This document shows positions 48,420 to 58,214 of a DNA stretch of 64,000 nt, one piece after another. The stretch is from contig OZ244937.1 in assembly GCA_965222075.1 (NCBI GenBank), positions 3,264,001-3,328,000 on the forward strand, in the 5' to 3' direction. The first letter of the stretch is position 1, and every line of letters begins with the position of its first letter. A model generated the notes under the pieces. It saw only the letters and a list, made by a program, of their open reading frames with translations. It searched no databases and was not told the DNA's origin. This DNA is from Candidatus Latescibacterota bacterium. GTDB lineage: Bacteria > Latescibacterota > UBA2968 > GCA-2709665. The position numbers and the translations under genes are program-made.

Positions 48420-49115
48420 CTATCGCCACTCGATCAGCGCTTTCACATACGCGCGGCCCACGAGGCGGTGGGCCTCACGCAGGTAGGGGAGGTGGTGGCC
48501 GGCGAGGATGCAATCCACCGGCAGGCTGGAAAGCCGCTTCAGCGTCTGGATATACGTTGGCTTGTCAAACTCCTCTCCCCCCTGCCAGCCCAGTTCCGGC
48601 TGGTAGCCGGTATTCTGGCAGAACACAACATCGCCTGCGAACCAGATGATCTTTCCGGCATTCCTGAGCTGGTAGATCACGCAGCCGTTCGTATGCCCGG
48701 GCGCATGGATCACCTCGAACCGAAACCCGTAGGCCTCGATCACATCCCCGTCCTCAACCACCCGGTCCACCTTGCAGGCCGGCAGCGGGAACCCCGCCGC
48801 GTATGGAATCGTGCGGTAGTCGGACCGCTCGATCCCCTCCGCATCGCCGGGACCTGCGATCACCGTTGCGCCCCGCTCTCTCAGTGCAGCCGCGTTGCCG
48901 ATGTGATCGTAGTGGCTGTGCGTCAGGAACAGGTAATCCACCTTCTCCAACGAAATTCCCCAGACGCTCATCTGCCGCTCTGCCTGTTCTAAGTCTGCTT
49001 CAACCGAGCCTGCGTCCACCACAATATTGCCCTGCTCATTGTGGATCAGGTAAAAATTGGGATGCTTTGCATACGCAAACCCATCCAAAAGGTAGATATT
49101 GGGCAGAATCTGCAT
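48420..49115 (-). CDS. Metallo-beta-lactamase-fold hydrolase
   Basis: THSHYDHIG, PGHTNG, FAGD, AGH. Confidence 0.88.
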   Translation of the reverse strand: MQILPNIYLLDGFAYAKHPNFYLIHNEQGNIVVDAGSVEADLEQAERQMSVWGISLEKVDYLFLTHSHYDHIGNAAALRERGATVIAGPGDAEGIERSDYRTIPYAAGFPLPACKVDRVVEDGDVIEAYGFRFEVIHAPGHTNGCVIYQLRNAGKIIWFAGDVVFCQNTGYQPELGWQGGEEFDKPTYIQTLKRLSSLPVDCILAGHHLPYLREAHRLVGRAYVKALIEWR

Positions 49116-49308
49116 AAACACTCCTTTTTAACGTGATGTGTGACTTCAAAAGAAGACAGCGAGTAATTTGACCTCACACAAAGGCACGAAGACACAAAGG
49201 GGGCTATCAGCTATCAGCCCCCGCACACCTGCCTGCGCAGCGTAGTGCGCTGCAGGCAGGCGTCAGCCAATCGTTCAGACGGCGTCTCTCCACCCTGGTT
49301 CAAATTGA

Positions 49309-50181
49309 TCACACATCCGAAACATTCTGATCTTCCTCCCGAACAATCCCCCGCTGGTTGTCCCGGCAGCGCTCCAGGAACGTCCGGTCGCCTAAAAGAA
49401 ACGCAGGATCTTCCAGAATGCACCGCGTGCCCACGTCGATCAGCTCCCGCGCCTTCATCGTCATCACGTCAGCGTCTCCGATCTTTCCCCAATGCAAAAG
49501 CCCCCGCTTCTCCATCTCGGGCTCCACATTTGAATAATCCCGCGGCACATTCGGCGTGTGGACCTTTTGAACGTGGATGTGGCGTTGTCCGTTCTCATCC
49601 GCCACTTCAAGCCGGGAAGGCTCATCCATAAACGTATAGGGCGCGTACGCATACTCTTCGCAGGCATGCATCATGGTGCAGGTATTCCATCCCGTACCCA
49701 GGAACATATAATGGGCGTCCAGTTCGCCCAGCTTGCCCCACGCCGTATCCCGCCCGCACGGCGTGAAACAGCGAATCGCACCTTCGGCCAGATAAGCCGC
49801 GTGGTGGCCGATCGCGCACATCGGATTGCTCGAATCCAAGCACCGGACCGCGCCGGGTTGATGCCGAAACACCTCGGTAATCTTCCCCATCAACGAAGGT
49901 GAGTTCCTCACATCAAACGCCGGCTTCTGCTTACTCCGTGCGTAGTGCCAGTGCCACCCATTAAAATGGCACGTATGCACCGCCGCCGTACCCTTCGGCC
50001 CCACCGCCTCTAAAAAAGCCTCGATCACCGTCTCCGCGCCCCCTTCCACGTACCCCATACTGCTGAGCGAATTGTGAAAAAACACCACCTCCCCGCCGTT
50101 TATCCCCAGCCTTTGAAGCCCATCAATAATGTCGTTCTTATAGACAACCGTCTTGCCTTCCGGTGAATATAATTTAGCCAT
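49309..50181 (-). CDS. AAC(3)/YokD-family N-acetyltransferase
   Basis: H.SLSSMGYVEGGA, FD...SPS.MG.ITE.FR, LG.....T..H..EE. Confidence 0.85.
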   Translation of the reverse strand: MAKLYSPEGKTVVYKNDIIDGLQRLGINGGEVVFFHNSLSSMGYVEGGAETVIEAFLEAVGPKGTAAVHTCHFNGWHWHYARSKQKPAFDVRNSPSLMGKITEVFRHQPGAVRCLDSSNPMCAIGHHAAYLAEGAIRCFTPCGRDTAWGKLGELDAHYMFLGTGWNTCTMMHACEEYAYAPYTFMDEPSRLEVADENGQRHIHVQKVHTPNVPRDYSNVEPEMEKRGLLHWGKIGDADVMTMKARELIDVGTRCILEDPAFLLGDRTFLERCRDNQRGIVREEDQNVSDV

Positions 50182-50196
50182 GGGTCAACCCCCAAT

Positions 50197-52311
50197 TCAA
50201 TCTTCAATACACACCGTCCCCGCCTCGGTAAACGGGTATACCTCCCCCTCCCCCAGCACAACCCCCCACTCCCCCGGCCCGCGCGCTTCCACACCAACCC
50301 GAACGTGCCTCTCCGAATCCCCTCCCAGCACAAACACCCGCCCCGGCCTCTCCGGCAGGGGTGGACTCGGAACCTGCGCCATAGACGCATCGGGATTTGG
50401 AACCACAACGACCTGCAGCGGGTGGCCGGGCATCGAATACCAGAGGTAAATCCCCGATGAATCCGCCCGGTGCGTCACCCTGCAATCCCCTCGATCTCCC
50501 TGTGGCAAAATCATCCAGAGAATATCACACACCCTCTCGCCATCCAGGTCGAAACAGAACCTGAGATCCACCTGTTCCATCGCCTCGAGATCTTCGGATG
50601 GAATGTCATACCCCGACAGATAATCCCGCCAGTAAGGGTCCACCGGCTGAGCAACCTGCTCAAATTCGGAAGCCAGGCGACACGCCGGATAAAGACGGCA
50701 GCTCTGGCCCGAAGGGGCCCGGATGAGAACCGGGGAATCACCGCCGGTTTCGACCGAGACCTCCTGCCCCACGTGGAAATGGGCATCCACCTTATGTCCC
50801 CCACCGTCCAAAAACCGCACGTGGTCCAGGATAAACACAACATGCTGATCCCGAACGTGCATAACGGTTCGATCGAACGCCGACAGCCTCGGCACCTCGG
50901 CATAAGCCGCCGCGGCCTTACACCGAGAGGCGGAGTAAACGTCCTCCTCCCCCTGATAGACCCCCGAAATCCCGCCGCCGCTCTTCGGATCCAGGGACTG
51001 TCCCTCGCCGTCGAACGTCAGCGTATTCTTCAATTCCGTCTCGAACCGAAAGTACCCCGAAGGGCGAAAAAAATAATGCCCGTCTGCATAAAACGTAAAG
51101 CTCGCCCGGTCCCGATAATGGGCGTGCTTGTTTTTCGTGATCGTCTCAATCGGAAGATCAATCCCTCGCTTTGCCTGCGCCAGCGGCCCTCCCGGGACCG
51201 TACACTCAAAACTCAAAACCGAAGCCCCGTTCCCAAACCCGCTTCGGGAGAAGAACTGTCCCATTGAGGGAAAATATGCCGACCGCGGCAGCCCCCCGGG
51301 AGACACCGTCTCAACGTTGGGATCGTACCAGAGAAAACACCACCCATAGTCGTGGTAATCCTTCAGAAACCTCCGCTCCGACTCCCAATCCGCCTGCTGC
51401 TGTGCCAGACCGTCCTGAAACTCCGAGGCGATCTTGTAAAGCTGCGCCGCCACAACGCCCCCCGTCTCCCCGTGATACCGCCCGCTGGGCGTCGAATCGT
51501 CCAGAAACACATACGTCCCCTTATCGGGCAAATAGTGATAGACACGCCACCGGGGAAGTTCCTGAAGCCAGGGAATCTCAAACGCCGGTTCCTGAAAGAC
51601 CCGCTTCCTTCCTTCAAGGTAGTAAAGCATAGGCCCCAACGCGTAATTCAGCGGCGCAACCCCTTCGTTCCAGGCCCCGTCCGACCCAAGCAGGGACACG
51701 ACCTGCGTCACCTCCCGCTCCACGCTGTACAGCCACGCCTCTGCCCGGGGCTCATAGGGCAGCAGCGCTAAGCACCCGATCCCGATCCCGAAAATAGGCA
51801 CCCAGCAGTCGTGATACAGGTACCGCCGGCTCCACTCGCTCTCTCCCGTCTCCATACCCTCCACCATCATCCCCGTCTCTTCTGTCAAAACCGCCACCAT
51901 CCGCCCAACAAAATCCTCCGGCAAAACCCCCGAAAACAGGTCCACCCCGTAGGCAAGCGCCATCACATGGAACGCCACCAGATAGGACCTCATGGCGTGC
52001 TCTGAAGACGCGCACCCGACCTCCACCCACCTCCGCAGCCACCGCTCGGCAAGCCCCCGCCAGCGGTCGTCCTGTCCCACGTGGTAGGCAATCCCGCAAT
52101 TCACCACCAGCGAAAAACAGATCTCTAACAGATTGCTGTAATCCGGCTCCTCCAAACCCCAGAGATCCTCGGGAGGTTGCTCCCCCAGACGCCCTTCCAG
52201 GTCCCCCACCAGCGCCTGATAGAATCGAGCGTGCGAAGTCTCGCTCCGGCGCCGAAGCGCATCCAGTTCACCGGGATGAAGAATCAGCCTGGGTTCCGAT
52301 TGAGAAGGCAT
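50197..52311 (-). CDS. Heparinase II/III-like protein (DUF4962-type N-terminus)
   Basis: PRL, DGAWNEG...Y, RSGF, H.H....SF, NTLTFDG.GQ, F.R; start assigned to MPSQSEPRL. Confidence 0.7.
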   Translation of the reverse strand: MPSQSEPRLILHPGELDALRRRSETSHARFYQALVGDLEGRLGEQPPEDLWGLEEPDYSNLLEICFSLVVNCGIAYHVGQDDRWRGLAERWLRRWVEVGCASSEHAMRSYLVAFHVMALAYGVDLFSGVLPEDFVGRMVAVLTEETGMMVEGMETGESEWSRRYLYHDCWVPIFGIGIGCLALLPYEPRAEAWLYSVEREVTQVVSLLGSDGAWNEGVAPLNYALGPMLYYLEGRKRVFQEPAFEIPWLQELPRWRVYHYLPDKGTYVFLDDSTPSGRYHGETGGVVAAQLYKIASEFQDGLAQQQADWESERRFLKDYHDYGWCFLWYDPNVETVSPGGLPRSAYFPSMGQFFSRSGFGNGASVLSFECTVPGGPLAQAKRGIDLPIETITKNKHAHYRDRASFTFYADGHYFFRPSGYFRFETELKNTLTFDGEGQSLDPKSGGGISGVYQGEEDVYSASRCKAAAAYAEVPRLSAFDRTVMHVRDQHVVFILDHVRFLDGGGHKVDAHFHVGQEVSVETGGDSPVLIRAPSGQSCRLYPACRLASEFEQVAQPVDPYWRDYLSGYDIPSEDLEAMEQVDLRFCFDLDGERVCDILWMILPQGDRGDCRVTHRADSSGIYLWYSMPGHPLQVVVVPNPDASMAQVPSPPLPERPGRVFVLGGDSERHVRVGVEARGPGEWGVVLGEGEVYPFTEAGTVCIED

Positions 52312-52422
52312 TTGACCTGACCCCCTTTCCACCCAACCTGTCGCTCCCACCTCGTCGCGACCCACCGCCCTTCCTTCTCTGCGAGGGAAGGGGAAGCGAG
52401 TCCTTCTACAATAGCAATTTAC

Positions 52423-52533
52423 CCGGAGAAAGCACCCGCCCCAGCAACGCCAGCAGGTCGGGCAGCACAACCGTAACCCCCACCCAGACCGCCAGGCAGA
52501 TCAACAGCGACGACGACGGCCGTCTTGCCAGCA
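52423..52533 (-). repeat. 111-bp orphan copy of an internal segment of the permease at 54246-54356
   Basis: 107/111 nt identical; encodes LARRPSSSLLICLAVWVGVTVVLPDLLA.LGRVLSP. Confidence 0.9.
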
Positions 52534-52590
52534 GCCCGGATCTTGTCCACGATCGATGCGGGCCGAATCGTACTGGTATTGAAACAAAGC

Positions 52591-53265
52591 TCAAACCTGG
52601 CCATCCTGTCCTCCCGTTGCGCAAATCGCCTTCAGCACGCACCGCCCGCACCTGGGTTTCGGCAGGCAGACATCCTTGCCCAGCGCCACAATCAGCGCAT
52701 GATATTCGTTATAAAGTCCAACTTCCGCCGGCAACACCGCCACGAACCGGCGCTGCGCCTCGTGATACTCCACCGCCGCGTCCATCAGTCCCAATCGCCC
52801 GAAAACACGCCGCGTATACGCATCCACCACAAAGCTTGGTTTTTCCAGCGCATAGAGCAAAATGCAATCGGCGGTTTCCGGACCAATCCCCTTTACCGCC
52901 AGCAGTTCCTCGCGCAAACGCCGGCCGGACACGCCTTTCATCCGGGCCACGTCCCCGCCGTACCGGCCCACAAAATACGCCAGGAACGCCTTCAACCGCC
53001 TGGCTTTTACACGAAACGTACCCGCCGGCCGGATGAGTGTTTCCAGCTTACCGTCCGGCATATCCAGCAGGATTCGGGCATCCAGGGCCCCGGCGGCCCT
53101 GAGCCTGCCCAACGCCTGCTCCACGTTTGCCCAGGCTGTATTCTGCGTCAATATGGCCCCCACCATCGTTTCAAACGGGGTTTCCGCAGGCCACCAGCCC
53201 TGTGGTCCGAACGCCTCCAGCAACCGGTCAAAAACCACGCGGAACCTGTTCTGTTCAGAGGCCAT
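52591..53265 (-). CDS. HhH-GPD endonuclease III-like protein with 4Fe-4S motif
   Basis: WWP..TPFE..VGAILTQNT.W, LL..KGIGPETAD.ILLYA, VDAYT.R, C..KPRC..C.L...C. Confidence 0.9.
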   Translation of the reverse strand: MASEQNRFRVVFDRLLEAFGPQGWWPAETPFETMVGAILTQNTAWANVEQALGRLRAAGALDARILLDMPDGKLETLIRPAGTFRVKARRLKAFLAYFVGRYGGDVARMKGVSGRRLREELLAVKGIGPETADCILLYALEKPSFVVDAYTRRVFGRLGLMDAAVEYHEAQRRFVAVLPAEVGLYNEYHALIVALGKDVCLPKPRCGRCVLKAICATGGQDGQV

Positions 53266-53691
53266 AATGAGCTAAAATCTAATGAATCAACAAATTAGGA
53301 GCAACCACTATTCAATTGGACAACAGACAACGGGCAGGGTGACGACCCGCCGAATCGCTGCTCGCCGGTCCTTTCGCGGCTCACCGCCCAAAAAAGGCGC
53401 CAGGACTTCCGCATTTGCGCCATGGCTCAGAATCCACGACTTGATTTCATAATGACCGCCGGCTCGAATTGACGGACGATTTGTCTGGTGTTTGACATGG
53501 ATATCAACCTGAGTGCAAAGCGGTCGTGGCGCGGGCTCGAGCTATGTATTTTTCCCTTTTGCAGCGGCACGAAGCGCACGGGCGGAAGACGGGCGCGGTT
53601 TGCGCGTCAGAACAAGACGCAGGGCGGGCGGATGAAGCGGCCGGCAGGGGCCGGCGAGGATTCCGGCGCCGAAGCGCATTCGGAGGAGGGG

Positions 53692-55083
53692 TCAACTCAC
53701 ATCGTACCGCAAAAACCCCACATAAGCCCCCACAAACGCCAGAACCTGAAACAGGACCAGAACCATCACCTCCACCGTCACGGCCCCAAACGCCTCCGCC
53801 AGCCCCTCGGAACGGAACGCCAGCACCGGCACCTCCTCCGGCTTCAGCCAGTCCTTATCCGGCTTATCGGCTCCCGCCTCCTGCTTCAGACGCTGCGCGT
53901 ACTCTCTGAACGCCTTCCGGTACTGCCCATAACCCTCGTGCGTCCGGCGGTAAAACCTCAGACCCGTATCCGCCAGTTCCGCCGCCGCGTAAGTCAAACA
54001 GGCCGCCGGCGAGGCCCGTGAAAGCGCCCGGCTGACCTCAATCTGCCCGTCCAGTTGCCGCAAGTATCCCGCATCGATCCGCCCCTTCTCCGCCTCGCTC
54101 GCCTCCCTCAGCGCCTCCTGCCGACGCTGGCGTTCCTCCTCGGTGATCCCGCCGCTCTCCACCAGGCGGGCCAGCCGCGCGTTCTGCGCTGCCCTCTCCT
54201 GGTCAATCGCCCGCTTCTGCATCCGGATCTGCTGGAACGTCGGCGCCGGAGAAAGCACCCGCCCCAGAGACGCCAGCAGGTCGGGCAGCACAACCGTAAC
54301 CCCCACCCAGACCGCCAGGCAGATCAACAGCGACGACGACGGCCGCCTCGCCAGCACCGAAATCGCCAGCCCCAGCGTCACAAAAACCGACAGATAGACA
54401 AGCGCAAGGCCCACGATCCCCGCAATCCGAACCAGCGCGACGTCATCTAACGGAATGCGGCCGACCAGGGTGAGCAGAACCATCCCCATCCCCGTCGCCA
54501 GCAAAAAAGGCCCCCCCAGCGTCAGCATCGCCCCGGCCCACTTCCCCAGAAGCAGCCGGTCCCGGCTGACCCCTATCGACATCGTCAGCTTCAACGTCCC
54601 GTTCACCTTCTCCCCGCAAATCGCGTCAAACGTAAAAAAAAGCGCCACAAGGCTCAAAATCGCCCCCACAATATACACGTAGTCGGGTCTTGGGAACAGA
54701 GACAGCAGGGGATTCTGATAGAACCGCTCGCTCGCCTGCCGGGCCCACGACCGCCTGTCCGAAACGTGAATCTGCGTTGGCGTGGCCCCCTCCAGCCCCG
54801 ATGCCAGCGGCCCCAGCGCCCGGGGCGGTCTGAACGCGTAAATCCCCCGGTCATTCACCAGCTCCCGCACCTGCCGCAGAATCGACGCACTCTCGTCCAC
54901 CGAAAAAACCTGCCGCCGCTCGGCCGCCACACTGGTCTGATACCCCTCCAGACGCCGGCTGTAATCCCGGCTCATCAGCCCCAACCCCAGAAGCACCAGC
55001 CCGCAGAAAAGCCCCGCCACCCACACAAACCGCGCCTCCCTCACATGCAGCAGCACCTCTTTCTGAACCAGCCGAACGAACAT
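53692..55083 (-). CDS. ABC-2-type permease (divergent pair, second gene)
   Basis: MFVRLVQKEV...RF, FDAICGEK..GTLKL, GKW.G, SP, LRYDVS. Confidence 0.88.
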   Translation of the reverse strand: MFVRLVQKEVLLHVREARFVWVAGLFCGLVLLGLGLMSRDYSRRLEGYQTSVAAERRQVFSVDESASILRQVRELVNDRGIYAFRPPRALGPLASGLEGATPTQIHVSDRRSWARQASERFYQNPLLSLFPRPDYVYIVGAILSLVALFFTFDAICGEKVNGTLKLTMSIGVSRDRLLLGKWAGAMLTLGGPFLLATGMGMVLLTLVGRIPLDDVALVRIAGIVGLALVYLSVFVTLGLAISVLARRPSSSLLICLAVWVGVTVVLPDLLASLGRVLSPAPTFQQIRMQKRAIDQERAAQNARLARLVESGGITEEERQRRQEALREASEAEKGRIDAGYLRQLDGQIEVSRALSRASPAACLTYAAAELADTGLRFYRRTHEGYGQYRKAFREYAQRLKQEAGADKPDKDWLKPEEVPVLAFRSEGLAEAFGAVTVEVMVLVLFQVLAFVGAYVGFLRYDVS

Positions 55084-55187
55084 CAATCACTCCTTAAACG
55101 GCAAATGTGAAACCGACCCTTCCACCCTTCCCCGGAATCCCGGCTTCTGGATTTGGGGTCTGAGGCGGGGTGGCACGTTTCACATCT

Positions 55188-56561
55188 TCACCTCACATCA
55201 TATCGCAAAAACGCCACATACCCCACCATAAAAAAGAGCAAACTCCAGACCGCCAGCAGCCCCAGGTCCACCATGGCGGCCCCCAGGCGATCCCCCAGTT
55301 CGGGCCTGAAGTAGACAAATCTTGGATAGTCTGCCGTGGAGATCTCCCCGCCCCCCTGCCTGGCCCGCTCGATCCACTTGTCCTCCGCGTAATTGAGAAA
55401 CCGCACCCGGTAGTCCTGCAGCGCCTTCCGGAACCGGCGCTGCTCCCGAACCCCCGTATTGGTGATCTCCCCCGTCGCGTAAATCAACGATGCAGCAGGG
55501 GACAGCCGAGACAACCAGACCGCGGCGAACACCTGCCGATCCACCTCCCGTTCGTACGCCGTCTGGATCTGCTCCTGCCGCCGGGCAATCTGCAAAAAAC
55601 AGTCCCGGTATAGCTCGCTGATCACAACCCCCTGCTGCCACTCCGAGTCCGTCGTCGTCTGCCGATAGGCCCGGATTCGCCGGCCTCTCTCCCGATGTTC
55701 TCCGTCCGTCACCGCCCACTTCTCGCGCTCTACCTCCTGAATTGTAGACACCCCCACAAGCGCCTGTGCGATATACGGGCTCAAATTCGGCAGCCCCACG
55801 CTCATCCCAACCCACAGCGCCACCAGCACCGTGATCGACGTAAACGCCCGGAAGGTCGATGCCGAAACCAGAAGCCCCAGAGAGTAGACCCCCCCGATGT
55901 AGAGCAGCGCAACGCAAACCAGCAGCCCAAAAGCGGCCAACTCGTCCCCCGGAACCTCCGCTCCCGGGTAGAGCACCACGATCCCCAGGCTGCAGCAGGC
56001 CGTCAGCAGAAACGGCACGGCCAGCGCGAAGTACCCTCCCGTCCACTTCCCCAGCAAGAGCGTATCCCTCGGCACCGGAAAAGACAGCGCCAGCCGTAGC
56101 GTCCCCGCCTCCTTCTCCCCCGAAACCAAGTCATAGCTGAACACCAGAGCCAGCAGGCCCATCACCAGCGCCGTAAACGACATCAGGTCTACCGTCTGGA
56201 ACAGGTCCGAAATCAGATTCGCCCGCTCGTACTGGTCCTCGGCCACCGGATCCCGGTTCGCCGTCACCCGCACGCTCATCGGCCGGAAAGGCTCCAGCCC
56301 CTGATAGAAAATCCCCAACAGATTGGGCCGCTTGTCCACCGACACCCCCGAATACGTCAGCGGATGAGGGTGAACGTACCCCCTCACCTCGGCCCGGTGG
56401 TCCCCCCGGTTGATCCGGTAATCCGTCAGCGCCGTCCGGTACGCGTGGGTCCGCACCCACGTGGCCCCCACCCCAATCGACACACACAGAACCATCCCGA
56501 TCACAAACCGGAGGGAAAGCAAATACTCTAAGAACTGTTTACGAACGATCTTCCAGAACAT
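55188..56561 (-). CDS. ABC-2-type permease (divergent pair, first gene)
   Basis: IVRKQFLEYLLSLRF, YDLVSGEKEAGTLRL, GKW.G, SP, LRYDVR. Confidence 0.88.
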   Translation of the reverse strand: MFWKIVRKQFLEYLLSLRFVIGMVLCVSIGVGATWVRTHAYRTALTDYRINRGDHRAEVRGYVHPHPLTYSGVSVDKRPNLLGIFYQGLEPFRPMSVRVTANRDPVAEDQYERANLISDLFQTVDLMSFTALVMGLLALVFSYDLVSGEKEAGTLRLALSFPVPRDTLLLGKWTGGYFALAVPFLLTACCSLGIVVLYPGAEVPGDELAAFGLLVCVALLYIGGVYSLGLLVSASTFRAFTSITVLVALWVGMSVGLPNLSPYIAQALVGVSTIQEVEREKWAVTDGEHRERGRRIRAYRQTTTDSEWQQGVVISELYRDCFLQIARRQEQIQTAYEREVDRQVFAAVWLSRLSPAASLIYATGEITNTGVREQRRFRKALQDYRVRFLNYAEDKWIERARQGGGEISTADYPRFVYFRPELGDRLGAAMVDLGLLAVWSLLFFMVGYVAFLRYDVR

Positions 56562-56564
56562 CAC

Positions 56565-57377
56565 TCATTCTCCAAACGTCTTATCAAAATCCTCTCGAAT
56601 CGCCCGGTACCCGTCCTTCAGAATAAGAATCGCCGCCCCACAGGCAAAGAACTGCGCGCCTTCTTCTTCGTGGAGCTTCGCCGCCTGCGCTCCGTCTCCC
56701 ACGGGCAGGCCCCAGAACTTGCCGTGCTTCTGGGCCGTCGCCCCCACCAGCTTGCGGGCCTCCGCCATCTGCGGGTGATCGAACTGCAGGGGAATCTCCA
56801 GCGATTGCGACATATCGGCCGGACCGAAGAAAAATCCATCCAGCCCATCCATCCGGGCGGTCTCTTCAAGAATATCTAGCGACTCCCTGTCCTCCACCTG
56901 AAAGAGGACAAAAGTCTCGTGCAGGGTCCAGTCCATATAGTCCTTCATGGACACCAGACTGTATTTGGCAGCCGCTTCAACCCCGTCGATGCCCCGCAGT
57001 CCCACCGGGGCGAAGCGGGAAAACTTCAGCACCCACTCCGCCTCCTCTGTTGTGCGAACATGGGGCACCATAATCCCCGAAGCCCCGGCCTCAAACGCCC
57101 GGTAGAAAGACTGGTCTCCCTCCTTGCGAACCCGGATCATCGGCTCCATTCCCGTCGCTCGAGAAGCCAGACACATATTGAACGCCTGATCGTAGTCGTA
57201 GTCCTGATGCTCCATATCAATCCAGAGACAATCGAACCCGATCAACCCCATCATCTCGGAAATCTTGGGCGATGGGTACGGCGTGCAAGCGCCACACAAT
57301 ACGGTCTTCCCAGCCCGAATGCGCGCCAGCACCCGGTTCGGTTTCAATACAATCCGTTCATCCCGCTCATCGGCCAT
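56565..57377 (-). CDS. HpcH/HpaI aldolase family protein
   Basis: GFD.LWIDMEH, GA.GIMVPH, P.G.RG, QVE, FFGPADMSQSL. Confidence 0.88.
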   Translation of the reverse strand: MADERDERIVLKPNRVLARIRAGKTVLCGACTPYPSPKISEMMGLIGFDCLWIDMEHQDYDYDQAFNMCLASRATGMEPMIRVRKEGDQSFYRAFEAGASGIMVPHVRTTEEAEWVLKFSRFAPVGLRGIDGVEAAAKYSLVSMKDYMDWTLHETFVLFQVEDRESLDILEETARMDGLDGFFFGPADMSQSLEIPLQFDHPQMAEARKLVGATAQKHGKFWGLPVGDGAQAAKLHEEEGAQFFACGAAILILKDGYRAIREDFDKTFGE

Positions 57378-57656
57378 GCACACCATCCTTTCTTGAAAAA
57401 TTCAAAAAGCGCCACGGAACCACCCGGTGAAAACATGTGGCCTCGAATCCAGTCCAGCATCCGGCTTGCAGCCGAAAGCTCATCCATCAGCAGAAACGCC
57501 CGGGGTACGCGGTAGTAGAACAGCCGCTCTTCCATCGGCCCGATTGACCCGTCCGGATTCATAAAATTCAGCAGCCAGCCGGTCCCTTTTCAACACGCCT
57601 AACCAGCTTCTTTTCAAGACCGGATGCGCCCATATCGAAGTCTTCAACCGACTCAT
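57344..57656 (-). pseudogene. Frameshifted 5' remnant of a hypothetical gene
   Basis: TTGACA box, GAGGAG RBS and ATG 57656; a shifted frame gives protein-like GTGWLLNFMNPDGSIGP...YYRVP...LDWIR, then truncates. Confidence 0.45.
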
Positions 57657-57997
57657 AACTCCTCACAGGAAATAATCATCAAGATCGGGCCGATGTCAAC
57701 ATAAAAAATCCCGGAAGGGGTATTCTTCCGAGGCCACTCTTTTCGACCCTTACGATCAGAACCAGACAACCTCAATCCCACCGCACGCCTCGTTTGGTGT
57801 ATACCTTCCGATTAGATATTGACTTCTACGGCAGATAAAAAAGGTAACACAAACCACCATCCTCTCCCTTGCTCTGGCTGGATTGCCAAATCCGGCGAAG
57901 ACAGCTTCTAAGTTTGACAATTCAGGCCGAGCCAAGGTTTCGTAAGATAAGGGCCCCTCAGGGTCACCTGAGAAAATAAATAAAACCGGCCTCGCCA

Positions 57998-58108
57998 TTC
58001 TGGCAAGCCCGGCACATGGGGATCAACTACATCGGCTCCTGCTGCGGTTCGGGCCCGGAGCATGTACGGGCGATGGCCTTGGCGCTGGACAAACCTGCAG
58101 GATCCTGA
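57998..58108 (+). pseudogene. 3' remnant of a homocysteine S-methyltransferase-family gene
   Basis: QARHMGINYIGSCCGSGPEHVRAMALAL-stop matches the Zn-binding G.CCG..P.H.RAM motif; no upstream coding part. Confidence 0.6.
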
Positions 58109-58149
58109 CGGAAATGCAAACGTATATGCACTTTTTCGTCCGGCTTTTC

Positions 58150-58181
58150 AAAAAAAGCGGTGGGCAAACAACGCCCACCGC
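58150..58181 (-). terminator. Rho-independent terminator after ECF sigma 2
   Basis: GCGGTGGGC-N7-GCCCACCGC followed by T7 on the minus strand. Confidence 0.8.
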
Positions 58182-58214
58182 AGAACCATCATCCATCCCA
58201 CCCATCCGGACGCC

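Noticed and set aside
55105-55185. ATGTGAAAC...GTTTCACAT inverted repeat between permeases (MITE or ECF promoter?)
   Set aside because: Only 9-bp arms, a single copy, no target duplication, and neither TGAAAC has a YGT box at 17 nt.
57756-57998. 80-aa minus-strand ORF
   Set aside because: No RBS, atypical codon use, no motif; lies among remnants.
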